Assembly: GCA_040143965.1 (NCBI GenBank)
Contig: JASJQH010006953.1
Span: forward strand, 1 to 33,178
DNA length: 33,178 bases
Direction of reading: 5' to 3'
Source of the DNA: Basidiobolus ranarum
Taxonomy: Eukaryota
The notes under the pieces were generated by a model that worked only from the letters and a program-made list of their open reading frames with translations, was not told the origin of the DNA and made no database searches. Made by a program: the position numbers and the translations under genes. Numbering within the stretch: position 1 is the stretch's first letter; each line of letters begins with the position of its first letter. Of this stretch, positions 1-12,998 are shown one piece after another.

Positions 1-2
1 AT

Positions 3-1314
3 CCCCATTTACCTGCTGAGCATGCTTTACGTCAAGAAGCATCGGTACACACTAAATCTAACAAAGGATCGTATCGTAATGTCGCCGTAAATGCTTTAAT
101 GAGACTGAAGAAGCGACCCGAGGCGACATCTCAAGACGATGTAGGCATTGATGGTGAGTGGGAACCACCAAAAGAAATTGAGCCTATTCGATATGAAGAT
201 GCAGTCAAATACATTCTTAGTGAGGAGCAACTAGAGAAAATGGGCTACCCGGTTAGAATTCCCTCTGCTGCTCCCGATGTCCAAGAAGACGACAACGACA
301 AAAAAACCTGCGAAAGATGCAAATCTACGTTCACAATTAAAGAGAAACTTGAGACACAGGATATGTCAGCATGTATCTATCATCATGGACGTCTTCGTGT
401 CAAAATGATGAATGGTAACTATCTCTATATCCACTAACACCTTTACAAAGACCTCCTAACAAAAAAATCTCAGGTGAAAAGTTGAGGGTGTATACATGCT
501 GCAATGAAACCCATGGGCATACCGGGTGTATTCGCGGTCCACATGTTTTCAAAGATGATGATTTGGAGGTTCTGCATCAGAAGATTCCCTTTGTCGAGAC
601 TCCAGAGAAAGATGGGAAGAGCAGTGAATATCGTGATATAGTGGCTCTCGATTGTGAAATGGTATGGCAGTGAGTTGTATCAGAATATTCTTCATATTTG
701 CTAATCGAACATTCTCTACCAGTGTTATACCACGGGAGGCTTCGAACTTACGCGACTCACCGTGATTGATGCATGCTTGAAAAACATCTTGGATGAACTC
801 ATAGTTCCCTACCACTCAATTGTTGATTTGAACACTAGATTTAGGTGAGATTCCTTCCATGCTTGTTGCATTTCTCATGCTAAATGGTACCCAATATAGT
901 GGGATCCATGACTTGTCCACAGCCTCGTACGATCTTGAGCAGATACGGAGTCGTCTATTCCAGTTTATTCATAAGGATACCATTGTTGTTGGTCAAAGTT
1001 TAGAGAACGATTTCAAGGTTATGCGCATCATACACCACAAGGTGGTTGACACTGCAGCTGTAAGTATTCGCATTGTATTGTCCATGTGATGTTTCTTTTA
1101 GGCTGATGCTATCTCGATATCTTAGATATTTCCTCATCCGAATGGTCTTCCCTACCGGTATTCGTTAAAACACCTTAGCGCCAAGTATATGAAAGTATTC
1201 ATTCAAGATAGTGAAGATGGTCATGATTCTTACGAAGATTCCAAAGCATGTATGGATCTTCTTGCTTTGAAAATCCAGAAAGGTCCACAGTTTGGTATTT
1301 CAGGAAACGAATAG
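3..1314 (+). CDS. REXO1: DEDDh RNA exonuclease, REXO1/Rex3-like (5' part lies outside the window; 4 introns within it)
   Basis: Spliced translation gives a Cys/His region (CERC...CIYHHG...YTCC...GC...H), ExoI VALDCEM|CYT, DLNTRFSGI, ExoII VGQSLENDF, VVDTA and ExoIII GHDSYEDSKAC. Introns at about 415-473, 662-722, 845-899 and 1059-1125; stop TAG at 1312-1314. Confidence 0.9.
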
Positions 1315-1812
1315 TGCCGCATCATGCTTTTTATACCACCTGCTGTTGAAGTCAGTAACAATAACGATACGGGTGTATCAGCACTTTCGAATCTGTCCAC
1401 GATCTTTCACTAGCGAGGGATATGCCTCTGTGTGCAATCAGCTGGTCTCTATAGTATCAATAATTATGATTTTGCCAGTAATCTGCAACCATATTCTGGC
1501 GTCTCCTTCCAAAATTCTGACCAAGATCAATAATAGAACTTACATCCATGCCCATTCCCAGCCTTTCATTATTGTATAGTATCAATAAAATTCAATTTTA
1601 TCATATGATGGCCATAATTTAGGATCTGATCCAAGTGAAGTGATCATTTTGTAGATACTATATCCACCTATTAACTCGAAATCTAGTTAAAAATGAAGCG
1701 ATAAACACAATACAATATCTGGTGAAATTATGCTGACAAGCTAGTTAGAAACGAAACTTATTTTTCAAAGCCAAAGTAATAAACTTTTGGCAAGGCGTTA
1801 ATTAAGTTGAGC

Positions 1813-4212
1813 ATGTCCATTGGATCCTTGGTTACTAGCTATAACGTATTTCATACTCCTGCTTCGGGATGTGCTCACCTTGAAACGTGTAAAAATGAGA
1901 TTCTAGAAGCTTATAGAATTTTGGTGAGATACGTTTACTTGTGTCGTTATCGTGGAGGTCTCTTACAGACGGAGAAAAGGGTGTCAGGAAAAAAACGAGC
2001 AAAAATTTCTGCAGAGGTGAGAATCGTTGAACATACAAAAATACTTTATTAATACGAACCATCGATACTCTTGCTCGACAAAATTTAACTACTCTAACTT
2101 TATATCTCTCAACTTCGACCGTTAGCTGCCTTTTCTCGTGTGTACAGATTGTCGCTATACTGTGGGACGTATTCATGGTTGCTTGCATTGTTCATATCTC
2201 GGTTGTTGGAATCAGAGTCATCTTCAAGTCCATTTAATTGACAAAGATCACATTTTCGGTATTCTTTTTGCTCCTTGAATAGATCAAAAATAACGGTATT
2301 AAGATACAATTTTCCAGCCATGGACTTAAATAGGTTTACGGTGTATTGTAACAACTGCAATGATTACATATATGATATCGAATTTGACCGAGTTCACGAT
2401 GAAGAGAAGCTTCATACATACATGACGGTGTCCAAATATATAGGTATTCAATCACGATAGATTTGTCACCATCGTTATTCACAGACGTTAGACTGATCTT
2501 TATTCTTGTCATAGAGCCTCATATTAAAAGCCCTCGCTATATTGACTGGCGTCCAAATGAGGCCGAAATCACAGCTTTACGGAACCAGGCGACAATGAGA
2601 AGATGTGAAGGTATCTATCTTAACTTGAAACCATTGAGATCATGAATTCTAAATATATTTTTAGGTTTACGCGGACTTCGTAATCTAGGCAGCACCTGCT
2701 TTATGAATGTTATCATCCAAGTATTTGTTCACAACCCATTACTTCGTGCATATTACCTTTGTGACAAACATGACGTGACGGGATGCCCCAAGAAACCTTG
2801 CCTTTCATGCGAGATGGACAAGCTGTTTAACGAAGTAAATTTTAATTGTACCAACTTCATCTACATGCATATACCCGAGAGTACTAAGCTACCAAATTTC
2901 GTAGCTTTATTCCGGAAAGAAGGAGCCATACGGGCCTTGTACATTTCTTCACTGTATGTGGCTCTCGTCAACTGAACTGGCCGGGTACGCGCAACAGGAT
3001 GCACACGAGTTCTTCATTTCAGCATTAAATCAAATTCACACCAGTGCTGAAGGTATGACTAGTTTCTACCTTTTCTCATCAATGTTTTTCGTTAACATTG
3101 ACTCTAACAAAAATAGGAAGTAAAAACCATGATTGTCGTTGTATTATTCATCAAACGTTTGCCGGAATTCTTCAATCCGATGTAACATGTCTGAAATGTG
3201 GAAATATTACTACTGCATATGATCCTGTATTGGATGTTTCTCTCGACGTGAAAGCCACCGCCCGCAAGAGGAAGTCCTCCAAACGTGATGATAGCTCACA
3301 TTCCTTACTTGATTGTCTTACCAGGTACACCAACCCGGAGAAGTTAGGCCCAAAAGAGTACAGTTGTAGCAAGTGTAGCAACACGTTTCAGGTACAGCAC
3401 ATATAGATTTGGTTTAGCTGGCATTTATCTGATGTTATGTTTACTATAGGAAGCTACGAAGCAACTCTCCTTCAAGGCCTTACCACCTGTGCTGAGCATT
3501 CAACTCAAGGTAACTTTCACTGTTAGAGTCTCTCTTTGCGAAAACATTATAACCCTGCATCTTTGGACTTTTTCAGCGATTTGAGCATACTTCTAGTGCT
3601 AGCAAGATTGAAAGTTTAATTAGGATTCCCTATGAATTGAACATGACACCTTACACTTCGATAGGAAAGGGTAGCCGAGATAATAGCCAGTTGAAGTAAA
3701 CATTCTCTCAACAATTACTGTTGCACATATTTGTTTCTATATTAAGCATGCTTGTTAGGACCCCGCTTCCGAGCTTGCAATATAAACTATTTGCAGTTGT
3801 AAATCACGAAGGAAAAATCGATACTGGACACTACACAGTTGCAATTCGACACCGTGAAGAAGTAAGTAACTGAGGAAGGCAAAACTCTAGTGCAACATGC
3901 TTATCATAAATTTAGTGGTTTCGATTGGACGATCATATGGTGAGCTTAGCCCAGCCTTCAGACATTGTGAGCGATAAAGCGTAAGTATTTACACAAACGC
4001 GAGCCTCTTTATCAAGTAATAATATTTGCTCTAGGTACATGTGCTTCTATATCAAGGATGTTCTAGATTATGAGCTTCCATACGCCGAGCAGGAAGACAT
4101 AGAGAAAGAAGAGGAGGTTGAATTAAAAGGATCCATCGGTTCAACTCCCTTCTCCGGCTTCGGAGTACCCGAGAATGAAACAGATTTCTTTTTGGGTGAT
4201 GATTGGGATTAG
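1813..4212 (+). CDS. UBP8: Ubiquitin-specific protease Ubp8/USP22 (SAGA DUB module), about 12 exons
   Basis: N-terminal GCAHL and ZnF-UBP (CTDC...GCLHCSYLGCW...H...YCNNCNDYIYD), Cys box GLRGLRNLGSTCFMNVIIQ, LAGYAQQDAHEFF, CRCIIHQTFAGILQSDVTC, His box VVNHEGKIDTGHYT, and AYMCFY. Stop TAG at 4210-4212. Confidence 0.93.
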
Positions 4213-4485
4213 ATGTAAAGAAAGATAATAAATCATCTGTTAATGAAAAGACCAAACCATGATTGAATCTTTGAGTAAATTTAAACCAGGATTGTTTTGT
4301 TTATCTTTGGGATTAAATCGTCAAGTTAATTTAGGGTCGATGTTCGAATTTAGGGGAAGTATTTTTTTTTAGATGGACGTGGGAGAAGGGTGGATTCATG
4401 TATAAAATTTTTTATCATCATCGGGGGGTTGCTCTCTCTTTTAACTTCCTGGATCGTGGTTAAGATCCTTCCCACTTAACTCATC

Positions 4486-5167
4486 ATGAGCACATTCGAA
4501 AAGGTTAATTATCATTTATTGAATGGATGGATTTCGTCTCAATTATGGATGGACACTAACACTATCATTTAATTAGGTTGTTGTCATCGATGCCAGAGGC
4601 CATCTTCTTGGTCGTCTTGCTTCTATCATCTCCAAGCAAGTCCTCACCGGCCAAAAGGTCGTTGTTGTTCGCTGTGAAGAGTTGAACGTCACTGGTTCTT
4701 TCTTTAGAAACAAGATAAAGTACCACGCTTTCCTTCGCAAGCGTTGTCTTGTCAACCCCTCCAAGGGTCCTTATCATTTCCGTGCTCCTTCTCGTATCCT
4801 CTGGCGTACTATTCGTGGTATGATTCCCCACAAGACTGCCCGTGGTACCGCTGCCATGGAGCGCCTTAAGCTTTTCGAAGGTGTCCCCCCTCCTTATGAT
4901 ACCATGAAGCGTATGGTCGTTCCTGCTGCTCTTCGTGTCCTTCGTCTCAAGCCTGGTCGTAAGTACACCACCTTGAACCGTTTGAGTTCCGAAGTTGGCT
5001 GGAAGTACGACGATGTTGTCAAGAAGCTCGAGGAGAAGCGCAAGGTCAAGTCCAAGGCTTACTACGAGCGCAAGAAGGCCATTCTCAACTTGAAGAACAA
5101 GGCCTCTGCCGCCAAGGCCGAAGAGTTGAAGAGCGTCAACGAATCTTTGGCTGCTTATGGTTATTAA
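4486..5167 (+). CDS. RPL16: 60S ribosomal protein uL13 (L16/L13a); exons 4486-4503 and 4577-5167
   Basis: [22 protein letters not shown]...[27 protein letters not shown]; strong codon bias typical of a highly expressed gene. Confidence 0.98.
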
Positions 5168-5616
5168 GTTCTCCCTCTACTACTTATGAACCTTCACAAT
5201 CCATCATTTTCCGTTTGAATAAAAAGATTTCGGGAGACATTTGGAACATACATTTTCAGTCAGTCTTTATATATGCTTAGCTACATGTACAACCGATGCG
5301 ATACCAAAATATAAAGTAACACTCATAGTCTTTGACGTATTGAAAATGCGACGTCTTTTTGTTTCATTGATTAGTATTTTATTATTGCTAGAATTGATGA
5401 GATATCACTTTTAAAATATTGAAGCTTAAAACAAATAGACGGACAAGGGAAAATACAACTACTAATATATACACAATCCAATTTAATAGAGACTATAACT
5501 TAAAGAATTTCTTACTACTGAGGTCTCTTTAAAAAATTTGCAGGTTGTTTGGTAACGTGTACTAAAGATATAGTCGCGAAGTACGTATGTTAGGGCATTT
5601 TTAACTTCTATACTAT

Positions 5617-6505
5617 CTATATAAAGTATTCAGGCTTTTTAATGTTAATTCCATACTCAGAAAGAGCAGCGGAAAGATCGTCCATTGTAAGCACTGTTTT
5701 CTTGTCCTGAATAACAAGTTTAGAGTCATGGATAAATCTAAATAAAAAGACATAATACAAACCTTAGCGCCGATTTTTTTGGCAGTATTTCCTTGTTGTC
5801 GGATTTTACAATATTGAAAAGCATCGGTAGCAATGTCCGCGATGAATTTTTGAGCAGCTAATGCAAGCAAACGCTTACTGTAATAGACAAAGAAAATGAG
5901 TCAAGTAATGACAAAGAGACAATAGAAATAAGTGCAATATCCTACACTCGAATATCATCGCAATCAAAACCAGTTCTACCGAGATAGTAATCTGTGACAG
6001 CATCAGGGATCTACGAAGCCATAATAATATAAGTATACAAGGTCCACACGATCCTCTTCTAGAGTATATGAGGTGATGGATTGTACAAACTAATTATACA
6101 TACGATAGGTGTATAGTGATCCATGAGTAATAAAAACTCGGCAAGAGTTTTGTTTTTTCTGAGCATTTCTTCGTCTTTACGGGTTAAAGGAGCGTCCGAT
6201 TTTACGTTATCGTCGGACTTTCCTTCAATTTTGTTGGTTTCATCTTGTTCTTCGTCTTCAGTATCATCTGTATTCATAGATTCAGTTTTAATAGATTCCT
6301 TCTCTTTCTCCTTTTCCTGTGTGCTAAAAGAGGTAGCTTGATCATTTACAGAATCCACGTCCATAGAGACGGTATCTCTGTCTTCTCCAGGACTAACTTC
6401 GGAATCAGGACTGGTACTTGAGGCACCTTCTTGCTTTAATATTTCGCTTGAATTGGTGTTTTCGTCCGTACCATGTTGGTTGTAAACTGAAGCGTTGGAT
6501 TCCAT
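5617..6505 (-). CDS. TAF10: TFIID/SAGA subunit TAF10 with an acidic N-terminal extension (3 introns)
   Basis: [58 protein letters not shown]...KTVLTMDDLSAALSEYGINIKKPEYFI*. Confidence 0.95.
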
Positions 6506-6822
6506 GTTGTAATATCTCAAGTGAATAAATTTCGAAGTATGTCAAGTCCTACAAAGTCAAGAAATAACAGAAAAACGTGAAATGAATTTGTATATTGCAA
6601 TAGCTGTGTTGAATTTTACGCATCAATTTCCGGTTTTCCCTCAAGATCCACGTGACTTTGAAGTTTTTAGTTAATGATGGTGATCAAGTGTAGTAGTCCT
6701 TCATCTAACTTTGGAAACATCATAAATTAATATCATTTTATACACGTTCATTATAATACTACCAACATTATTGCGAACTAAGTATAAAGCGCCCTTACAA
6801 GAAAGAAGAGTTACTTTGATAA

Positions 6823-8098
6823 ATGAATGCAAACCAAACTAGTACCCATTTCACTTATATCAACAATCCTTTTGTAAAGTCAGTATGGGAAGGAGAGATA
6901 CCCATAGAATTTACTCTAGATCCTGCAGACGCTGCTTCCTTAAACACATCCGTTCCTGAGCCACATTATGTTAGTAAATACTTTGCCTGTACGAGAGTCA
7001 TTTCGTCAAACATTACCTTGTTCTAATTATTCTCTGAACATATAGGCACTTATACGTCGTTGTTCGTACTTTCCGCTTGTCACTGCTTCGATTATGAGTC
7101 AGCTTCTTGCACCAATAGAGTCATTCGATGGCAAGGAGGCTGATATTTGGTACTCTTACAACATGGTACCTCTGAAATGGTAATTTATGGTTGTTACATG
7201 TTAAATTACTGATACAAAAGCTCATCTTTTGGGGAATATATTTCAATTTTATTGTTAGGAATTATCCAGTTGGTTTGCTCTACGATTTACATACAACAAG
7301 TCAAGGCACCACGCCTAGTACTGACGGCACATGCCTACCTTGGAAAATAGCAGTGCACTGTAAAGAATATCCTGGGGACAAGCTTATTCGCTCCCCTTCT
7401 TCAAATATGGCCAGAGACTATTTTATGTCGATAATGAAAGAGGTAATGTTTGGGATTTCAGCACACAAGTATTAAGCACTAGTTTCTCATCATTTCTTGA
7501 AATCAGGCTGATTATCTTCGAAATGGATCCACGAAGAAAGTGATGAACTTATCCAAAAAGGATCAAATACAACTGTGGGATAGTATCATTGCAGGTAATC
7601 CTCAATTTTTCTATCGAACAGAATCATTGAGGTTAGTAACTAATCTTCCATACTCTTTATTAGACAATATCCAAGATTTCTGGTTAGTAAATGCCCAATT
7701 AATCACCAACGACAATCAGCCCCCCAAACACGTTCCGTTGAGGATATATTTGCCAGCAGATTGCCCTGTTTTACAAGAGCCTATTACTGTGTACAAAGAA
7801 AATGGTATGTGCAAGCTTGACTGAGATGAAAACTATCGGTCATTAATGACAATATAACTTAGGTGAGGAGTACACTATCGGTGAGATATTTGAAATCCTC
7901 CTTCCTGATTTGTTCAAACCTTCTGCCGAAGACTCCTCTACTAGTTCGAATGAAGAACTAAACCATCCAACGCTAAAAGCTAGCGCTTTAATACATGGTG
8001 TAACCCTAAGCTTAGATACTCCGTTACCTTGGCTTTATCAAAACTTATCTTTTCCTGATAATTTCTTACATATTGTTATTGTCCTTGGGAACAGTTGA
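6823..8098 (+). CDS. ATG5: Autophagy protein Atg5 (6 exons)
   Basis: VWEGEIPI, RCSYFPL, PLKWNYPVGLLYD, LPWKIAVH, MSIMKE|ADYLRNGSTKKVMNLSKKDQIQLW (conjugation-lysine region), HVPLRIY, and IHGVTLSLDTPLPWLYQNLSFPDNFLHIV. Confidence 0.95.
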
Positions 8099-8511
8099 TT
8101 TCCTGTGCCTATAAAATCAGATAGTACCCCACAGTAGTGCTCGAATCAGCCATCAATCATACATCCATCCTGGTACAATAACACCTATGACCATTCAGAA
8201 TACAATATTGTAGTAGGGCTGGTAAAGGGATTTGTGGTACTAGTAATATCTAACATGATATAAATCCAAAAAATACTTGACATCATGTGATATCGATTTA
8301 TCAGTATATGCCATCGGGTATTTATGTAATTTAAAGCAATAATTTCACCATTGCTGATTTGTTTTGAACTTTATATTGACAACAAACAACCAACGTAAAT
8401 CGCGAAAGTTGGAAACGAATAAACTTTTCAATTCGTTCGTCTTTGTACTGGTTTTACTTACACGTAGTTAACTCTACCTAACTTAAAAAACTTCTCGTTT
8501 ATTTCCCAATC

Positions 8512-9497
8512 ATGGCAGATGGTTCTCAACAACAGGAGGGTCCTAGAATGACCAAACTTCGCGTTTTACTCGACAAAGCCCTTTCTAAAACACTTAAAAA
8601 TTGCAGGTAAGCGTGAGTTTATTAGATCTTCACAATAAAATTACTCAATGGTTTTGCGTTATACTTTATGTTCTAACTAAACTCAGTTACGACAAAGTTG
8701 CTCAGTGTTTTTCGCAATTAGCTCAAGATTCTCCCGAAGCTTTACAAAGTGCGGTAGACCAAGTGGTTACTTTTTTGAAAACCAGAATTGAAGTAATATT
8801 CTCCATTTCATAATACTTTTCTATGAGTCTTTACGCTAATCTTTCTTATTTGCGTATTTCTAAAAACTTAGGAGGAATTTGAAACTATTGTGGGCAAACG
8901 TGATTTGATCAACAAACTAAATGATCTAGACGCTCTTATTATCGCTGCCAAGAAAACCAGTAAAAAAGAAGCGGCACCCTTACAGATGTCAGTATATATT
9001 CACCTCTCTTCTGAATATTTATCGAGAAATTATTGACAATTGTTGTTGGTAGACCTGCTCCGGAAGTGGCTATTCTTTCGAAGACTGTCATTTCAAAAAG
9101 AGAAGAGGTAGAGCGTCTTAGAGCTCAACTACTCGAGGTTTGTTATTCTTTATTCTCATCGTTGAATCATAACTTATTATTTACATGTTTTGGTTTTCAA
9201 AATTTGTTGTTTCAATGAAGGTTCAAAAAGAAAATGCCGAGTTAATGGATGATTTGAAGGTGAAGGATAAGGCTATGCAATCCAGCAAACAAGATGTTGT
9301 AGGAATATTACAAGAAGTTGACCAAGTACTGGACTTTCCTACGCAGTAATTGATACTTTTATACGATTTGAGATTCTAACCAATTTCTTCTTCGTGAATA
9401 TTAGGCCTTAAACCTCGCATCTGCTGTTCAACCCCAGACTCTCAGCAATATGGTGGATGACTTGATGGTTGAGACAAATCCCAATCTTGTCGCATAA
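8512..9497 (+). CDS. NNF1: Kinetochore MIND/Mis12 complex subunit Nnf1/PMF1-like (6 exons)
   Basis: Spliced product: RMTKLRVLLDKALSKTLKNCSYDKVAQCFSQLA...IEEEFETIVGKRDLINKLNDLDALI...APEVAI, followed by a coiled coil (VQKENAEL). This matches the Nnf1 pattern. Stop TAA at 9495-9497. Confidence 0.8.
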
Positions 9498-10150
9498 TGC
9501 GGAAGACATATTTAGAGGTGCTGGGTTTTCGATGTTCAAATTATATCTTTAATTGCTTCGCCTTAATACAGTTTAGAGCACCGAGTCTGTGGGTTAACTC
9601 GTCTTAACTCTTGTAGTCTTTAGTAAATAACTTACTTTCCATTGTTCGTCGTAAATAAATAAACCAAATAACTTTAGTAGATTCATTCTTGGCACGATGT
9701 TATGCTGTAGATCAATGCTCATCATTGCTATTGTTACATGGATAGTGAAAATGCTATTCCCCACTCCACAAGTATATCCAAACTCCAATGCATATATACC
9801 TTCTACTCAATGGGCTCCATCTTTGCTAGATCATTATTCCCATATCATTCCCATATTATTCCCATTTTATTTCAATAAATAACTGGGTTCTTCAACGGAG
9901 ATTGAGAAACCTAGCCTATCCATGACTACGTTGCTTTTACATCATTTGATTGATTATATTTAAATTAGCAGGGATGTGATCATTTCATGCCAACGTCATT
10001 ACTGCACTGAAAGATGATTCTTATTTTCCCACGGGATGACTTCGAAAAGTTGAGCGTATATGAAGGGAGAGTCGGTCGCTTTATAACCTTAATACTACAG
10101 ATTGTATCTCTTGGTTTCCTTCATTGTTTATTCCTTCTTACTCGTTAAAT

Positions 10151-11109
10151 ATGTCCGCTGCTTCTAATGTCATTGTTTATGGTGGTGCGGGGGCCCTGGG
10201 TTCTTCAGTAGTCAAATTTTTCCAAAAAAAGAACTGGGTAATTCTCAACTTTGTCGAATGCATACCTTGATAAACTTTAACCTTATATTACTCATATCAG
10301 TCAGTCATTTCTATCGACTTGTTACCCAGTGATAGTGCAGACAAGAGTGTCACTTTATCCCCCAACGAGTCCTTCGAAGAGCAAGGTTATAAAGCACTAA
10401 GCGAAGTTGAAAAGCAACTTGCTGGTAACAAAGCTGATGCTGTACTTTGTGTTGCTGGCGGTTGGGCTGGTGGTAATATTGCTAGTAAAGGTAAAACAAA
10501 CAAGCAAGTATATCTTCAATATACATATTCACTAAAAATCGATTATTTTTTCAGATATCTTCACAAACTCCGAGCTTATGTGGAAACAAAGTGTTCAAAC
10601 TTCACTTATTGCCGCTCATATCGCTTCACAACATTTAAAAGAGTACGTAATGTACCATTGAGACACATTTATAGACTTACAGGTTGCTAATAGCACATAT
10701 ATAGAGGTGGTTTCGTTTCACTGACCGGCGCTTACCCTGCCCAAAAGGGTACTCCAGGAATGATTGGTTATGGTTTGGCTAAGGCAGCAGTTCATCAGCT
10801 GGTACAGAGCCTCAGCGAGAAGTCTAGCGGTCTTCCAAAGAATTCCAAAGTAAACGCTATTTTACCGTAAGTAGTGGGTTGAAATTTGTTTGAATTTGTA
10901 ATGATGATACTAAGAATATTTTCCTTAGAATCACTCTTGATACACCTATGAACCGCAAATTCATGGGTGAAGGCGCTGATCTCTCCACTTGGACACCTAT
11001 GGATGCTGTTGCCGAGCAATTGTTTGAGTGGGCTACCAAACCAGACTCGGTTGAGAACGGAAAATTGGTGGAAATTATCACTACCGACAGCAAAACTGTA
11101 TTTCATTAA
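10151..11109 (+). CDS. QDPR: Dihydropteridine reductase (atypical SDR; BH4 recycling), 5 exons
   Basis: VIVYGGAGALGS, VLCVAGGWAGG, LMWKQSV, LTGA...GTPGMIGYGLAKAAVHQL, LPITLDTPMNRKFM...STWTP: all diagnostic QDPR motifs. Confidence 0.96.
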
Positions 11110-11359
11110 TCTCATATGACCTAACCCTAACTGTAAATGTTCAGCATATCTTAATAAATCCAGCAGTTGGAGTATTTGGATTTTGTTACTTGCAACATCT
11201 TTAATGAAAAAATTACTACATTATGGGTAGAACATCTGGGAAGTATAGGATATATCAACTACAAAAAGGAATCATCTCTATGAATTCATGGAAGTACGAA
11301 GGACATGAAAAGAATATGTATATATGGGAAATGGGAACAGCGTAGCTACCACTTGACGT

Positions 11360-12435
11360 TTACTTTCTAATCAAGCGTAAGAATTCTTCACGAGTCTTGG
11401 GGTCACTCTTGAATACACCCAGCATCGAGCTAGTTACCGTGGAGCTGGAAGGCTTTTGAACTCCACGCATCACCATGCAAAGATGACTAGTACATATGTG
11501 GCAATTAGCAGTCATAAAATTATGCAACATACACAGAGTATAACTAACCTGCACTCAATAACTACAGCAACACCTTGTGGCTTCAAGATCTCTTGAAGGC
11601 ATGTTGCAATTTGCTTGGTCAAACGCTCTTGTACTTGGAGACGTCTGCTAAACATCTCTGCAATACGCGCAAGTTTGCTCAGGCCAAGAACTTTACGGTT
11701 AGGGATGTATCCAATATGTACCTATCATAACAGTTGACTCTAGTAAGTCACTCATTCAAGACAAATGAAGTCCATTAACAGTTGTGCGAATACCTTGCCA
11801 GTAAAAGGAACCATGTGATGCTCACATAGGGAGAATATATCAATATCACGAACTATAACCATCTCCTCGTGATCTAAAAGATGATTTGTACGGAAACGAG
11901 TATCAATTTCTGTTCAAGGGATCGTCAGGTTAATTAGAGAAATAATTCGATTTACCTTCATCGAACACAGCTTCGTTAACCAAGTCTATTGATGAAAGAT
12001 TTGTTAGTTATTCACCCTAGTCAGATATCTTTTTGGGTGAATTTACTTACCACGAATATTTTGCTCGTAGCCCTGAGAAAAGAACATCAAGGCTTTTGCG
12101 TACCGTTCGGGTGTTTTTATGAGACCCTCTCTATCAGTGTCTTCACCAATACAGTCTAAAATGGTCTTTACGGCACCAGCGATTTTCTGAATTCTAGCTT
12201 CTTTTTGATCTTCTGTTTCTTCAAGACGTGCTTTCGTTCCAAGACCTTATTTTTATTTTTCAACGTGTGAGATGGAGGTGAGAATATTTAAATACCATTA
12301 GTAATAGAACCTACTAGGATAGCTCAAACCGTCCAGGTCGATAGGGGAATCCACTCTAGGAATAGGGGAAGAGACCCTACTCAACGTAGGAGTGACAATC
12401 GTTCCGTTCACCTTTTTTTCGTTCTCAAGGGTCAT
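11360..12435 (-). CDS. GCH1: GTP cyclohydrolase I (FolE/Fol2), 6 exons
   Basis: [50 protein letters not shown]...[30 protein letters not shown]. Confidence 0.97.
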
Positions 12436-12998
12436 GTTGATAAAGTGCTTTCAAGGAACCTTCAACAAAATACGGCTTAACACTTCAAAATTTGCGAAGC
12501 TGCGCTCGTTAGTCTCACCCTTGATATACTTGACTAGAAAAAAATTATGGTAAATCCTACCACGCATCCTACCTGTGGTCCGACAGGAGTCAAACTGCTT
12601 TGGCCAATCACGCTTAGATAAACCAGCCTCTCTACTATGAATATTCCACCAAATCGTGAGCATTTATGTCACATTAACCAATGATCTACTGTGGAATTTT
12701 TACTAAAGAACCGATCGTTTATGGAAATATCTGATGATGAGAGAATCTTGATACATTCGTTTCAGCAAAGTCATTTGATAATGGAATAGAAGCGAATGGG
12801 CTTTTCATTTGGAATCCGAGTGGAGTGTTCAGGAATACACCTGGAAACCGAGGCATGAATTGAAGATTTTTTTAGTGGGGTTAGAGGTAGGTGGTTGCGA
12901 GATAGAGTGATATCAAGAAAATTTTTATATTGGAACTGGTGTGCTAGTGATTATAGAGTTTTTAAAAATTGAATTTGTTCCTATTTTGATACTTAGCA

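Noticed and set aside
1292-1579. 95-aa ORF overlapping the exonuclease stop codon
   Set aside because: TTG start, no motif; most likely 3' UTR (AATAAA at 1584-1589).
9697-9882. 61-aa ORF with hydrophobic start and an 11-bp x3 repeat (9833-9865) between NNF1 and QDPR
   Set aside because: Short, no motif, and its C-terminus is generated by the tandem repeat; insufficient support for a gene.
11120-11131. CCTAACCCTAAC telomere-like 12-mer after the QDPR stop
   Set aside because: Only two units in a 3' UTR with no associated element; compatible with chance.
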